A stretch of DNA of 64,000 nucleotides from Kiritimatiellia bacterium (GCA_050949565.1 JBMNFY010000011.1:1-64000), one strand, 5' to 3'. Shown: positions 29,337-39,502, counted from the stretch's first letter. Notes: generated from the letters alone by a model not told the origin. Translations and numbers: made by a program.

Positions 29337-29585
29337 ATGATGTTGCCACTGGGTTTTTCTCCGTTCAACGTGGGGCCGACGGAGCTGATCGTTGTATTGG
29401 TCATTGTGCTGATTCTCTTCGGCGGGAAGAAGCTGCCGGATCTGGCGCGCTCGTTGGGCCGCAGCCTGGGCGAATTCAAAAAGGGCAAGGAAGAGGGCGA
29501 GAAACTGACCAACGAGAAGGTCAAGGAGATCGTCGATGACATCAAGAGCGAGGAGCCCGAAAAGGTGGAAGGCCCTAAGGCTTAA
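29337..29585 (+). CDS. tatA: Twin-arginine translocase TatA/TatE
   Basis: GPTELIVVL...LFGGKKLPDLARSLG.SL.EFKKG; AAGGAGG RBS. Confidence 0.93.
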   Translation: MMLPLGFSPFNVGPTELIVVLVIVLILFGGKKLPDLARSLGRSLGEFKKGKEEGEKLTNEKVKEIVDDIKSEEPEKVEGPKA

Positions 29586-29643
29586 CCCCGCCAGCCGATC
29601 GCCGCGCCGACTCTCCATCCTGCCCGCCACGCTCGCGCGCGCC

Positions 29644-31396
29644 GTGCGGCTGGTCTGGTTCAGCGACCGGCGGCTCGCTTTGGGGCACACGGCGTTGATC
29701 GTGCTGCAGGCGCTTTTGCCGCTCGGCACGATGGTGGCGTTGAAACAGGTGATCGATCACGCCACCCGCCTCTTCAGTGGTGCCGGGCGTGTCCCTTTCA
29801 CATGGTCCAGTGCCATCGACCGTCTGGCGACCGATGCCGGTTTTCAAACACTGGTTCTCTGGGTGGTAGCCGGTGCGTTCTGCTTGGTGCTGTCCGCCGC
29901 CGCGCGTCTGCTTATTTCATGGGTCGCCGAATTCCACGCTATCTCGGTGACCGACCGCATCTACGATCTGTTGCACGGCGCGTTGTTACGCGCCGACTAT
30001 GCGTTTTTTGAAAATCCCGACGACCAAAACCGTCTCTACATGGCGCGTGAAGAGGCGCTCGACCGCCCCATGCGCCTGTTGGCCGGACTCGGCCAGTTAT
30101 TGCACAGCGTGATTGGCATCAGCGGCATTTTCGTCATTCTGGCCAGCTTCACACCTTGGCTACCGTTGCTGCTCGGTCTGAGCGCCCTGCCGGTACTCCT
30201 GTTCAAGCTCGACCGCACGCGCCGTTTCTACGAGTGGCGCAAAGACCTCACGCCGCTAGATCGCCACGCCTCCTACTACCACTCGATCATGACCGAAAAT
30301 GAAGGAGCCAAGGAGATCCGCCTGTACGGGCATGGCGACTTCTGCCGCGAGCGCTTCGCCGTCGCCCGCGCCCGGTTGCGCGAGGCACGCGTGGCGTGGC
30401 GTCGCTTCGTGTTGACGCGTGAGGCCTTGGGACTCTTTATCGGTCTTGCCGTCACCGGCATGATTTTGCTCTGGATGACCTCGCGCTTGCTGGCCGGTGC
30501 CGTCACGGTCGGTGCGCTGGTGCTCTGCGTGCAGTCGGTTCAGCGCGGCCAGCAAGCCGTCGCGGCTCTGCTCAATGCGGTGTCGGCGCTCTTTGAGGAT
30601 GCGCTGTTCCTGCAAAGTTTTGAAGAACTCCTGCATCAGCCGCGCCGCGTCAGCACGCCCGCAAATCCGGTGCCGATCCCCGACGCGATCCGCACCGGCA
30701 TCACCTTCGACAACGTCAGCTTCACCTATCCCGGTTGTGCCGAACCGGCGCTGCGCAACCTCACCTTCACCCTCCGCCCCGGCGAGCGGGTCGCGCTGGC
30801 CGGACCGAACGGCGCCGGCAAATCCACGCTCGTCAAACTGCTGTGCCGCCTCTACGACCCCGGCAGCGGACGCATCTTGATTGATGGGATCGACCTCCGG
30901 GCGTTTGATCCCGAGGCGTGGCGTCAGCGCATCGGTGCGCTCTTCCAAGACTTCAACCACTACCAGTTCACCTTGCGCGACAACATCCGCATCGGTCATC
31001 CTGAAACACCGGAAGACTCCCCGGAGATCGAGCGCGCGGCGCACGACGCCGGCTTGGGGCCCCTGCTCAAGAGCTGGCCGCAAGGGCTCGACACGCGGCT
31101 CGGACGCTGGCTTCACGACGGCATCGAGCCCAGCATCGGCCAGTGGCAGAAGATCGCGCTGGCGCGCGCCTTTCCTGCGCCCCGCGCTGCTGACCATTCT
31201 CGACGAGCCGACCAGCGCCTTGGACAGCACCGCGCAGCGCGAAACCTTTGAGGCGCTTGCCCGTCTCAGCCACGGGCGCATCGCCCTCTTCACCAGCCAC
31301 CGCCAGCTTACGCCCGGCATGGCCGACCGCCTGCTGATCCTGCGTGATGGCAAGCTCGTATCCGACGGCTCGCTGGAAGAGCGAATGAGGCAGTAG
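29644..31396 (+). CDS. ABC exporter, fused TMD-NBD; frameshift at T-run ~31171-31173; start uncertain
   Basis: [20 protein letters not shown], then [10 protein letters not shown] and SHR in the next frame. Confidence 0.85.
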
Positions 31397-31580
31397 GCAG
31401 TGGGCAGTGGGCAGCGCTTGACTCGCGACCCGCGACCCGCGACTTGCGGCTCCCAAATTCCAAGAGCCTATTCGCATCATTTGCGCCATTCGCGGTTCCC
31501 AAAACCCGAGCCCTGTTCCCAAAAAAACCTTGGCGTTCTTGGTGCCTTGGCGGTTCCAAAAAGCCGAGCCCTGCCCCAAA
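31390..31580. repeat. Stacked periodic repeat modules between convergent genes
   Basis: GCAGT(A/G)G x3, GAC(C/T)(C/T)GC x4, 9-mer triplet ending TTCGCGGTT, triplet ending TTGGCGGTT, CCGAGCCCTG duplicated. Confidence 0.8.
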
Positions 31581-31589
31581 CCGGAGCCC

Positions 31590-34500
31590 TTACTCGCGCG
31601 TCCGGCGCAGACGCGCGATAGCCTCGCGCACAGCGGTCACCGTGTGTTGCTCCGCCACCGACAGCGCCGACAACTCTCCGGCACGCGCCAACGCCTGATC
31701 GGCCGCGTCTGGATTACCGCGCTTCACTGCGATCAACGCATCGACCACATTCAGACGCGCGTCATCAGCGTTGATCTGGCGCGCTTTGGCCAGTGCCTCC
31801 GTAGCGGGGTCCGGCAGGTTTTTCTCGGCCAAGACATGCGCCAACGTCGCCCACCCTTCGTAACGCTCGGGCGCGAGTTCGGTCGCCTGTCGTGCGACCT
31901 TTTCCGCTTCGTCGAGCTTACGAATGCGGCAGAGCACCTCGGCGAAGTTGTTGAGCGCCGCAAGCATTGGTTTCTCGTCCGCGACGCTGCGCCGCAGATA
32001 GCCCTCCGCATCGCCATACTGCCCCTGCTCCAGCCGGATCGTGCCCATGATAAAGTTGGCGTAGGGATGCTCCGGCCTTTGGCGCAGGATGGTAAGCGCG
32101 CGCGCCTCGGCCGTTCGCCGATCCTCTAGCGACACATCCAGCGTCAACAACACATCCAGCAGCGCCTGAACATCGGGACGGATCAGCGCCGCGCGCTGGA
32201 AGCACAGCCGCGCATTTTTGAGTCCTTGCTTGCCCTTGCTCTGCCAGACACGCCCCTGAATCACTTGTGTAAAGTAACCATCCTGGTCCTTGCTGATCTT
32301 GGTCAGGCGCGGCAGCACCTTGGTCTCGACCGCGCCGATGTCATCCTGCTCGATCATCGCCATCGCCAGCATCGCCAGCGTCATCGGCGTGGCATCAGGC
32401 TCCTCCGCCATCTCCTGCAACAGCACGCGAGCGCGCGACAGGTCACCCGACACCAGATAAAGCGCCGCCCAATCCTGCCGCAACTGGCGTCGCGGCGCAC
32501 CGGCCTTCTCGCCGTTTTCCAAGATGGCGCGCGCCTCATCCACAATACTGCGTTGCAGTGCGAGGCGTGCCAGTCCAGAAATCGCAAAGGTATTCTTAGG
32601 GTCGCGTTCAAGCGCCTTCTTATACTCGGCGGCACTCTGTTTGAAGTCACCGCGCATTTCGTAGAGCGAGGCCATCATCGCGGAGAGCGCCGCGCGTTTC
32701 TGCTCGTCCTGCTGCATGGCATACGCACCGCGCAAGCCGGCCAGCACTGATCCGGGGCTGCTCGACAACGCCCACTGCCACCCCATGCGCACAAACAGCT
32801 CAACATTGCGCACATAACCGTAATGGCGGCTGAGTGACCAGAGCGGATAGCGATCACGGCCGTGCTCCACCTTGTCGCGAAGTTGGCGCTCGATCGTCTC
32901 TTTCATCTCGGGGTGCATTCCGCGCGCCACCGCGTCAAAGAGATTCAGCAAAGCGCTGATGTTGTCGGGATAGATCTCGCGCGCCTTGAGATACGCCTCA
33001 AAGGCCGCTTCCGGCTGCTTCAAATCATCAAGCGTCACCCCCGCATTGTTTGCAACAAACGCCATGTGGCGCAACAGGGCCACGCGGTAGCGGTAGCCTA
33101 ACTGACGCGGCTTGCCCTCGCCCCACTCAACAAATGGCTGCCAGCGCGTCCAAAAGGCCCGGTGCGACTCTAGCAACTTATCCGCCGCGATGTCCTCTGT
33201 GCGCGACGCGGCACCGTAAAACAACCGGTCCGGCACTGGCACCAGTCCCGCGCCGTACCACAGATCCGGCAACCCCATGCAGATTGCCTTATCTGCCATT
33301 GCCGTGTCTGCCGAGAAGAGGTCGTCGATAAAGAGATGGAAGCTGTACGCCAACAGGCTCTCGGCGCGCAGACGTGCGCGTTCGCTGAAGCGCGTGTCGG
33401 CCGTGAACGTCCGGCGCACCGCGTCCGTATAATGCGTCTCGCGCGCCCGATACGGACAGAGCAGATGCACGGTCTGCCCGCGCTCCCGTGCGCGGATCAA
33501 CAGATTAGCGTCGATGATCCCGTTCGCCACCACCCAGTCGCGCTGTCCCAGTCCGTCCAGCACCTCATCCGCAGCGCGATCAGCGAAAGCCCCGTTATCG
33601 GCCACCAGCCAGCGGACGTTTAACACGCCCGCCACCAGAATAGCCACGACCAGTATTGGCATCGCCATCAGCCCGACACCACGACCGGCATTAAATAGGA
33701 TTGTCGTAGATCGGGCCAGCGGATGCGGCAACGGGGGTTCGTCATCATCCTCTTTGTCGAATGGGATCTCGACATCCACCGGGTCGTCAAGCAGAGCTAG
33801 GGCGCGCCACGAGGCGGTGAGCAGTGCGATCCCAACACCGGCAATCAGATAGGTCGCGGCCGGAACGACGCCCGCCTTCGCAACCACCCCCCACGGCCCG
33901 AAGGGAACGTTAAAGAGCAGCAGCAGGGCAAAAATGGTAAGCACGAGACTTAATATGAAGGCGCTCCACGAACGGCGATTATCCAGCGAGCGAAGCGCCG
34001 CAAAAAAGCTCAATGCCGCTGAACCGAGTCCCAGCACGAAGACCGGGAACCACAAATGCTCAGGGAACATCTGGCCAATCGCCTGCGCCTGCTCACGCAA
34101 CACCGATACCGTCACGTGCAGCATCGCTTGGAGCGTCACCTCCAAGCCCCGGCTCAGCACAAACTGCCGTGCGGCGAACGCATGCACACCGGCCAGCGCC
34201 AAAGCCGCCAGCACAGCCGTACCAAACAGACGGCCGACCCGGCACCACTCGAGCTTCCACTCCACGACCACGGCGAAAACCGCCATCACCGGCAAGGCCA
34301 CCAGAAACAGCGGCGACTCGGCCATACCCGCGCCATACAGAAGGCCAAAGAACAGTAGCCACACGGTGCGCTTCGAACGCGCGTAGACGGTCAGCAGGTG
34401 CGCACAGGCCATCAGCAACGCCACGTCGAAGATTTGCGGCTGAAACCGCGTAGCCGCCTGCCAGACCGGCAGGCTGAGACCGACCGCCAGCGCCGCCACC

Positions 34501-34889
34501 CAGCCCGCAAAGCGTGCGTTGCGTGAGGCATGCGTCACTGCGGACTCTTCGCGCATGGCCTCGAAAACAACAAACCAGACCACCTTGAACGTCCATCCGA
34601 CCGCGAGTGCGCCGGCCACCGCCGCCATCAGGTTCAAACGGAGTGGCAGAGAGAGCCAAGGCAGACGCACAACGTGTCCGGCCGCCCACATGAGGAGCGG
34701 GTGCGACGGCACTTCGCGCACATCCAGGCCCGCCGCCCACGCGATCCATGTGGCCGAGGCTCCTGGAAACGCATAATCAAGCGCCGTCGCCGCATAGAGC
34801 GCCAGCGCCGCCAGGGTCAGGAGCCAAAAAGAAACGCGCGACCGTCGCAGCCGGCCGCGCGTGATGGGACGAAACTCAAGAAACAGCAT
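31590..34889 (-). CDS. Multi-TM DUF2723/TMEM260-like (GT-C) membrane protein with large C-terminal TPR array
   Basis: LY..T....PGAS..W.....G......HPL, RLNLMAA..GAL, WQAAT; about 11 TM; many TPR helices (AFEAYLKAREIYPDN, AALNNFAEVL). Confidence 0.75.
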   Translation of the reverse strand: MLFLEFRPITRGRLRRSRVSFWLLTLAALALYAATALDYAFPGASATWIAWAAGLDVREVPSHPLLMWAAGHVVRLPWLSLPLRLNLMAAVAGALAVGWTFKVVWFVVFEAMREESAVTHASRNARFAGWVAALAVGLSLPVWQAATRFQPQIFDVALLMACAHLLTVYARSKRTVWLLFFGLLYGAGMAESPLFLVALPVMAVFAVVVEWKLEWCRVGRLFGTAVLAALALAGVHAFAARQFVLSRGLEVTLQAMLHVTVSVLREQAQAIGQMFPEHLWFPVFVLGLGSAALSFFAALRSLDNRRSWSAFILSLVLTIFALLLLFNVPFGPWGVVAKAGVVPAATYLIAGVGIALLTASWRALALLDDPVDVEIPFDKEDDDEPPLPHPLARSTTILFNAGRGVGLMAMPILVVAILVAGVLNVRWLVADNGAFADRAADEVLDGLGQRDWVVANGIIDANLLIRARERGQTVHLLCPYRARETHYTDAVRRTFTADTRFSERARLRAESLLAYSFHLFIDDLFSADTAMADKAICMGLPDLWYGAGLVPVPDRLFYGAASRTEDIAADKLLESHRAFWTRWQPFVEWGEGKPRQLGYRYRVALLRHMAFVANNAGVTLDDLKQPEAAFEAYLKAREIYPDNISALLNLFDAVARGMHPEMKETIERQLRDKVEHGRDRYPLWSLSRHYGYVRNVELFVRMGWQWALSSSPGSVLAGLRGAYAMQQDEQKRAALSAMMASLYEMRGDFKQSAAEYKKALERDPKNTFAISGLARLALQRSIVDEARAILENGEKAGAPRRQLRQDWAALYLVSGDLSRARVLLQEMAEEPDATPMTLAMLAMAMIEQDDIGAVETKVLPRLTKISKDQDGYFTQVIQGRVWQSKGKQGLKNARLCFQRAALIRPDVQALLDVLLTLDVSLEDRRTAEARALTILRQRPEHPYANFIMGTIRLEQGQYGDAEGYLRRSVADEKPMLAALNNFAEVLCRIRKLDEAEKVARQATELAPERYEGWATLAHVLAEKNLPDPATEALAKARQINADDARLNVVDALIAVKRGNPDAADQALARAGELSALSVAEQHTVTAVREAIARLRRTRE

Positions 34890-34898
34890 GGTTCGTCT

Positions 34899-35396
34899 TT
34901 ACATGTGCTTCCTGCGCCGTAGCGCCGCCACCGCCGCGCCGACCACCAGAAGCATGGCTGTGCTAGGTTCGGGAACCGGTGCCCAACCTGTAAAGGAGTT
35001 GGGCGTGAAGTAGTCCGTGATAATGTCGAACTCGCTGGTGCTGATCGACGCCGTATCGTTCCACGCCAACGAAGACTGACTAACCGCATATTGACCATCC
35101 GTGTAGTTGAACAGCACGACGTAATAGGCACCCGCGTTGCGCGTGGTCGCGTCGGTCGTCTCCTGCGGGAAAAGGGTCGTGCCCTCGAATGCATTCACGT
35201 TCCACGCAAGTGACTCAACACCCGGCGACCAGACGTTGTTGTTGATCGAAGGCGCATTACCATCGGCCACATAGACCAAGCTGGCGTACTCCGTGCCTGT
35301 CGGAACGCTCTCCGCCGCCCAACCGATGACCACAGCCTGCGAGGCCAGAACACCGGTCAAGAACACCAAGCATGCCGTCAAAACTGTCTTATTCAT
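34899..35396 (-). CDS. PEP-CTERM sorting-signal protein
   Basis: Signal peptide ending SQA; C-terminus VPEPSTAMLLVVGAAVAALRRRKHM. Confidence 0.95.
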   Translation of the reverse strand: MNKTVLTACLVFLTGVLASQAVVIGWAAESVPTGTEYASLVYVADGNAPSINNNVWSPGVESLAWNVNAFEGTTLFPQETTDATTRNAGAYYVVLFNYTDGQYAVSQSSLAWNDTASISTSEFDIITDYFTPNSFTGWAPVPEPSTAMLLVVGAAVAALRRRKHM

Positions 35397-35423
35397 AACT
35401 TTATCCCTCGTGTCCTTTCAGGC

Positions 35424-36233
35424 TTATTCGCCATCAGGCTTGAAAGTAAACGTCCCGTTGCCGGAACGGCGATAGTACCAGAAACCCTGACCGGCGGGAA
35501 TGTCGGCGGCGGGCAACGCAATGCCTCCCGTCGTCGTGACCCACTTGCCGTTGAACTGCGTCTTGGAGCCACCGGTGTAGTAGTGGTAGGTGGTGTAATA
35601 GGTGCCGTCACCCTTGCTCACCAAGATGCGGTCGGTTGTCGCGCTAATTCCGTTCGCGCCGACCGCTCCAGCCCAGTCGAGATCATTGAGGTCAAACGCT
35701 GTTAATCCCGCATAGCTGATCAGGTTCAACCCCTCGCCGATGGTGGTGGACTGCTTCGCCGTAGAAACCTGGCCTTTGACGTAGACCGAAGAACCGGCTC
35801 CAGCGGTCCGCTTGATCCAGAATCCTTGACCACGCGCGATATCAAAGGTACTGGCGGCGGGCGGAGTCAACTCCTTCTTCGTTCCGTCCGGCATCAACTG
35901 CTCCGTGGTGATCGGGGTCCAGCCGACGCCGGTTTGGTTGTAGTAATAGTAGTAGATTGGACCCGTGGCGTCGGTCGTGAGCACCACCAACTGATCGGCG
36001 CTGCCCGGATCGCTGGCGTGGGTCAGCCCGTAGGTTGCAACCAAGTCGCTCAGCTTGCTGGCCACACCGGCCTGCATGCAGGCCTCAAACGGCACCGCGA
36101 CGATCGTGTTCTTGGCGGCGGCCGCCGGGATTTCAACGAACCCGACCACATTGGTTCCTTCGACCGGATCCATCGCCGCATGCACGAGACCGGCTGCCGC
36201 AACTACCGCAAAAGTTATCCATCCTTTTTTCAT
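35424..36233 (-). CDS. Secreted protein with two internal repeats (NVVGF N-terminus; GQGFW twice)
   Basis: Signal peptide; IARGQGFWIKR and IPAGQGFWYYR. Confidence 0.85.
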   Translation of the reverse strand: MKKGWITFAVVAAAGLVHAAMDPVEGTNVVGFVEIPAAAAKNTIVAVPFEACMQAGVASKLSDLVATYGLTHASDPGSADQLVVLTTDATGPIYYYYYNQTGVGWTPITTEQLMPDGTKKELTPPAASTFDIARGQGFWIKRTAGAGSSVYVKGQVSTAKQSTTIGEGLNLISYAGLTAFDLNDLDWAGAVGANGISATTDRILVSKGDGTYYTTYHYYTGGSKTQFNGKWVTTTGGIALPAADIPAGQGFWYYRRSGNGTFTFKPDGE

Positions 36234-36258
36234 GGCATTCCCTTTCTAGCCTGCTCGC

Positions 36259-37014
36259 TTACTGCGCGATCACCTTGAAAAAGCGTACTGTGTCACCGGC
36301 CGGCACCTCGACGGCCGCCGGCAACTCCGCACCCGACTCACCCTGCACGAGCGTCTGAGCAGAGACCTGCACACGGCTCGCCACGGTCTGCCAACCGTCA
36401 TTCAGGGAGGTCGCACTCTGCACCTGATAAAGTGCCTTGTCAGAGACATTCTTGATGCGCAGGTTCACACGGCCGTTGCCCGCCTGCATCGAGGCGATCT
36501 CCGGCTGAGGTGTCCCCTCGGGAGACGACGTCGATCCAGCAGCGCTGAGCCCTCCCCCGGCGGCGGCCGTACCGCCTACGGTGCCGAGGCTGAGCGCGGA
36601 AGCCGTACCGCTTGCGGCGCTCGCACCCTGCGCGGCGACCAGACCGCCGATCGCCCCGTCGGCCTTGCGCGTATCGAGCAGGACAATCACCCACGCGCCG
36701 CCTTCCGGATAGGTCGCGGCCGAGTACTGGATGGCCTTATATCCGCACTTGGCCCCCTCTACCGCCTGCCCGGTGGTGGCGATCACGTTGTTGTCAGGAT
36801 CGACCAGCGAACCATCGGTATAGACACCGCCGAAAACCTGACCCTGCTTGACATACACCAGCAGGTAAGTCTCACCGACCAAGACAGACGTCCCGTCGGC
36901 ATAGGTATCGGGTCCGGGCGTGGACATCGCGAGCGTCCGCTGATCCTTCACCTCCGCCCCGAACATCGTGGTTGCCACGAGCAACCCACTGAACACTAAA
37001 AGCGCTTTTTTCAT
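36259..37014 (-). CDS. Secreted protein with C-terminal FFKV-type domain
   Basis: Signal peptide; GPDTYADG domain; Gly/Ala/Ser linker; YQVQSATSL..GW ... RFFKVIAQ. Confidence 0.85.
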   Translation of the reverse strand: MKKALLVFSGLLVATTMFGAEVKDQRTLAMSTPGPDTYADGTSVLVGETYLLVYVKQGQVFGGVYTDGSLVDPDNNVIATTGQAVEGAKCGYKAIQYSAATYPEGGAWVIVLLDTRKADGAIGGLVAAQGASAASGTASALSLGTVGGTAAAGGGLSAAGSTSSPEGTPQPEIASMQAGNGRVNLRIKNVSDKALYQVQSATSLNDGWQTVASRVQVSAQTLVQGESGAELPAAVEVPAGDTVRFFKVIAQ

Positions 37015-37035
37015 CGTGTGTCTCCTTGAGATAGC

Positions 37036-38220
37036 TTAGGGAACGATGTATGGTTTGAAATACCGATATCCGCCGCTCGGAATCGTGTAGGTGTAGGTCG
37101 CCGCGCCGCCGGTGAAGTTGGCGAACGAAGGCGTGATCGCACCATCCAGCAATGTCCAATTAACATCGGTAACATCCACCTTCCCGTAAATCTGGACCCG
37201 TCCGTTGATCTTACCGGTTTTAACCGCGTTATTGACCTTCAAGGAAAGCGTCAAGGCCAGCTCCGTCGGCGAGGTCATTTCGATCTTCGAGATGCCGAAG
37301 TCGTAGCCCTCAACCTTCGTGACCGCATTCCCGCCGATACTGTCCAGCAGGTAGGCCTGATTGATCTGCGCCTGTGAGAGATCGCTCAAACCGCCCTGTC
37401 CCGTCACGTTGCCGTCGCTCAGCCAAGCGTTGACCCGCGTGAGTTCCTCGTCCGACAGCGAGGTGGGCGCCGGCAGTGTCGGCACGGCCTGTGTCGGCCC
37501 CGGCACCACGTAGGCCGGATCGCCGTGGCTGACGTACAGGTTGTCGATCATCCCCGTGCCGTAGAAGTTAACCGACGCCAATGTGTTCGCCGCGCCGGCG
37601 TTTCTGACGGCCAGATCCGTGAAGACCGGGGCGTCGTTCAGCAGCACATCGAATTTGTTGTCCTGAAGCTTGACGGTCACTTGGTACCACATGTTGGTGT
37701 CGAGCGCCGCCGCGTTGGTTGTGGCTCCGTCGCCGTGCACCACCACCAGCTTGGCATCGGCTGTCAGGAAGAGCGCCATCTTGGAACTGGCCAGCAGGTC
37801 AGGGTCGGGCGCATTGACCAGCGGATCGAACTTCATGCGCAGGTCCACATAAACCGGCTTGCCGTTGAATGAGACCGCAGTGGCGTCCGCATAAGCCAAC
37901 GTGTTGGAGACCACTTCGCCGTCCGTCTCAAGTTGCAACACCTTGGAGTTTGTATCGAACCAGACGTTCGATCGCGCCGGCAGCCCGGTCATGGCGGGGA
38001 AGTCGTTGGACAGGACGTTATAGCCCGCCCTCGCCGCCCAGTCCGGAACAGCCGTCCCCTCGAACGCCTCCCGATAAGCGCCAGCCTGCATCGGGCTGAC
38101 GTTCCATGCTTGAGGAACCGTTGAATCTGCCGTCTGCGCGTTCCCGTGCAGAACGAGCGCGAGCGCACACGCGGCCCCCGCTCCGGCGATTCTCGCCAAC
38201 CTTGTTTTGGTAGACATCAT
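37036..38220 (-). CDS. Secreted protein with ConA-like domain and C-terminal YFK-type domain
   Basis: Signal peptide; WYQVTVKL...F.V.LN, GTGMIDNL; ends YRYFKPYIVP. Confidence 0.85.
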   Translation of the reverse strand: MMSTKTRLARIAGAGAACALALVLHGNAQTADSTVPQAWNVSPMQAGAYREAFEGTAVPDWAARAGYNVLSNDFPAMTGLPARSNVWFDTNSKVLQLETDGEVVSNTLAYADATAVSFNGKPVYVDLRMKFDPLVNAPDPDLLASSKMALFLTADAKLVVVHGDGATTNAAALDTNMWYQVTVKLQDNKFDVLLNDAPVFTDLAVRNAGAANTLASVNFYGTGMIDNLYVSHGDPAYVVPGPTQAVPTLPAPTSLSDEELTRVNAWLSDGNVTGQGGLSDLSQAQINQAYLLDSIGGNAVTKVEGYDFGISKIEMTSPTELALTLSLKVNNAVKTGKINGRVQIYGKVDVTDVNWTLLDGAITPSFANFTGGAATYTYTIPSGGYRYFKPYIVP

Positions 38221-38288
38221 AGCTCGTCTCCATGCCGGATCCCTTGCGGAACCCCGTCAAAAAAAACTATTCCCAATCGTTACGGGGT

Positions 38289-38318
38289 AGTGTATCGCAA
38301 TTGACGGCCCCCCGACAA
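38289..38318 (-). promoter_or_regulatory. Sigma70-like promoter for the PEP-CTERM operon
   Basis: Minus strand TTGTCG-18 nt-TACACT with an A/T-rich upstream tract. Confidence 0.5.
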
Positions 38319-38478
38319 GCGGAAAAAAACGAAATTTTTCGGAAAAACGCCCTGAAAAACTCAAACACCAAGTTTTTCTTGGCTATCGCCCGTCTATGAC
38401 CTCATGTAGAGGGCTTCAGCGCGGTATGACACACCTTCTTCTCCCTCAGGGGCGGCTCGCTCTGTCATTCAACTGATC

Positions 38479-39351
38479 TTATTGGACGTGACGACAGCGC
38501 GGATAATTGCTGCACCCCCAGAACTGGCTTCCAGCCTTGGCCCCTCGTCTTGCCGTACGCAGAACCATGTCGGCCCCGCATTTGGGGCACTGCCTTGTCT
38601 GCTGCGGCTCAGCGGACGTTGGCACTTCCGCACTTTCGACAACTTCGTCCTCAACGGTTTCTGGTCCCTGTTGGGCGGGACGCAGACTCTGGACGTATGC
38701 TTTGTGCTGACGGGCGGTCTTCCACCCTGGCGTAAGGCGATTCTCGCGGATCGCGGCTTCCACTGCCGTCACAGCCTCCACATCAAAAAGGATGTCTCGG
38801 TGGCTACTTATGTAGCGGACACAACTACCCGGATGCGTGACGTGCGTTGGAAGCTTATCTCGCGTCTTCAACGTACACTCGCCGGTGAAAACGATGACGG
38901 ACTTGACCTGCTCTTTGGACAGACCGAGCAGTTCTCGCAAACACTCCGTGTGCTTATAATTCTGCAATAGTGGATTCTGGAATTTCTGGCTGTGGCCACC
39001 ATGAATCTTCTGTGTCCACTGCCGGTCGTGCTCGCCACCGAATATCCAGCCTTTGTAATGTTTTGTCTCAACGACAAACACACCGTACGGGGAAACGACG
39101 ATGTGATCGATCTGCGTGGTGCCGCCCCGACCATCGGGGATTGTCACATTGTTGATAACTCGGTAAACATCTTTGGGCAGAGACAGCTTAAACCCCAAGC
39201 GCATCAGCATCTCGCCGAACCACCCTTTCACGCCGGGCATTCGAAAAATTGGCGTGAAAATCAATATCAGACCAACGAGGGTAAACAAGAGTGGATTCTG
39301 CGTCCATATTTGCCCAAACGACTTCATTGCTGCTTTTATCAGTTGATCCAT
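38479..39351 (-). CDS. NERD-domain nuclease with N-terminal TM and C-terminal topoisomerase-type Zn finger
   Basis: KGWFGE, TTQIDHIVVSPYGVFVVETKHYKG, FQNPL.QN..H; CPKCG..M......FWGCSNYPRC. Confidence 0.92.
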   Translation of the reverse strand: MDQLIKAAMKSFGQIWTQNPLLFTLVGLILIFTPIFRMPGVKGWFGEMLMRLGFKLSLPKDVYRVINNVTIPDGRGGTTQIDHIVVSPYGVFVVETKHYKGWIFGGEHDRQWTQKIHGGHSQKFQNPLLQNYKHTECLRELLGLSKEQVKSVIVFTGECTLKTRDKLPTHVTHPGSCVRYISSHRDILFDVEAVTAVEAAIRENRLTPGWKTARQHKAYVQSLRPAQQGPETVEDEVVESAEVPTSAEPQQTRQCPKCGADMVLRTARRGAKAGSQFWGCSNYPRCRHVQ

Positions 39352-39472
39352 CCCTCGTTCCTTCAGTTAATAATCAGATGACAGACTGAATAGATAATAT
39401 GACACGACCGCTTTCCCCTGTCAAACTGGAACCAGAAACCAAAATTCCGCGCGCGCGGTGGAAGTATTCTGC

Positions 39473-39502
39473 TTGATTATCGTGCGCCGGTTTTTCTATC
39501 AT
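39473..39502 (+). promoter_or_regulatory. Putative promoter immediately before purD
   Basis: TTGATT-18 nt-TATCAT, 8 nt before ATG; no SD. Confidence 0.45.

Noticed and set aside
31171-31173. Programmed frameshift in the ABC transporter
   Set aside because: No slippery heptamer; a one-base excess in a short run, and the window has three other single-base indels, so sequencing error is the simpler explanation
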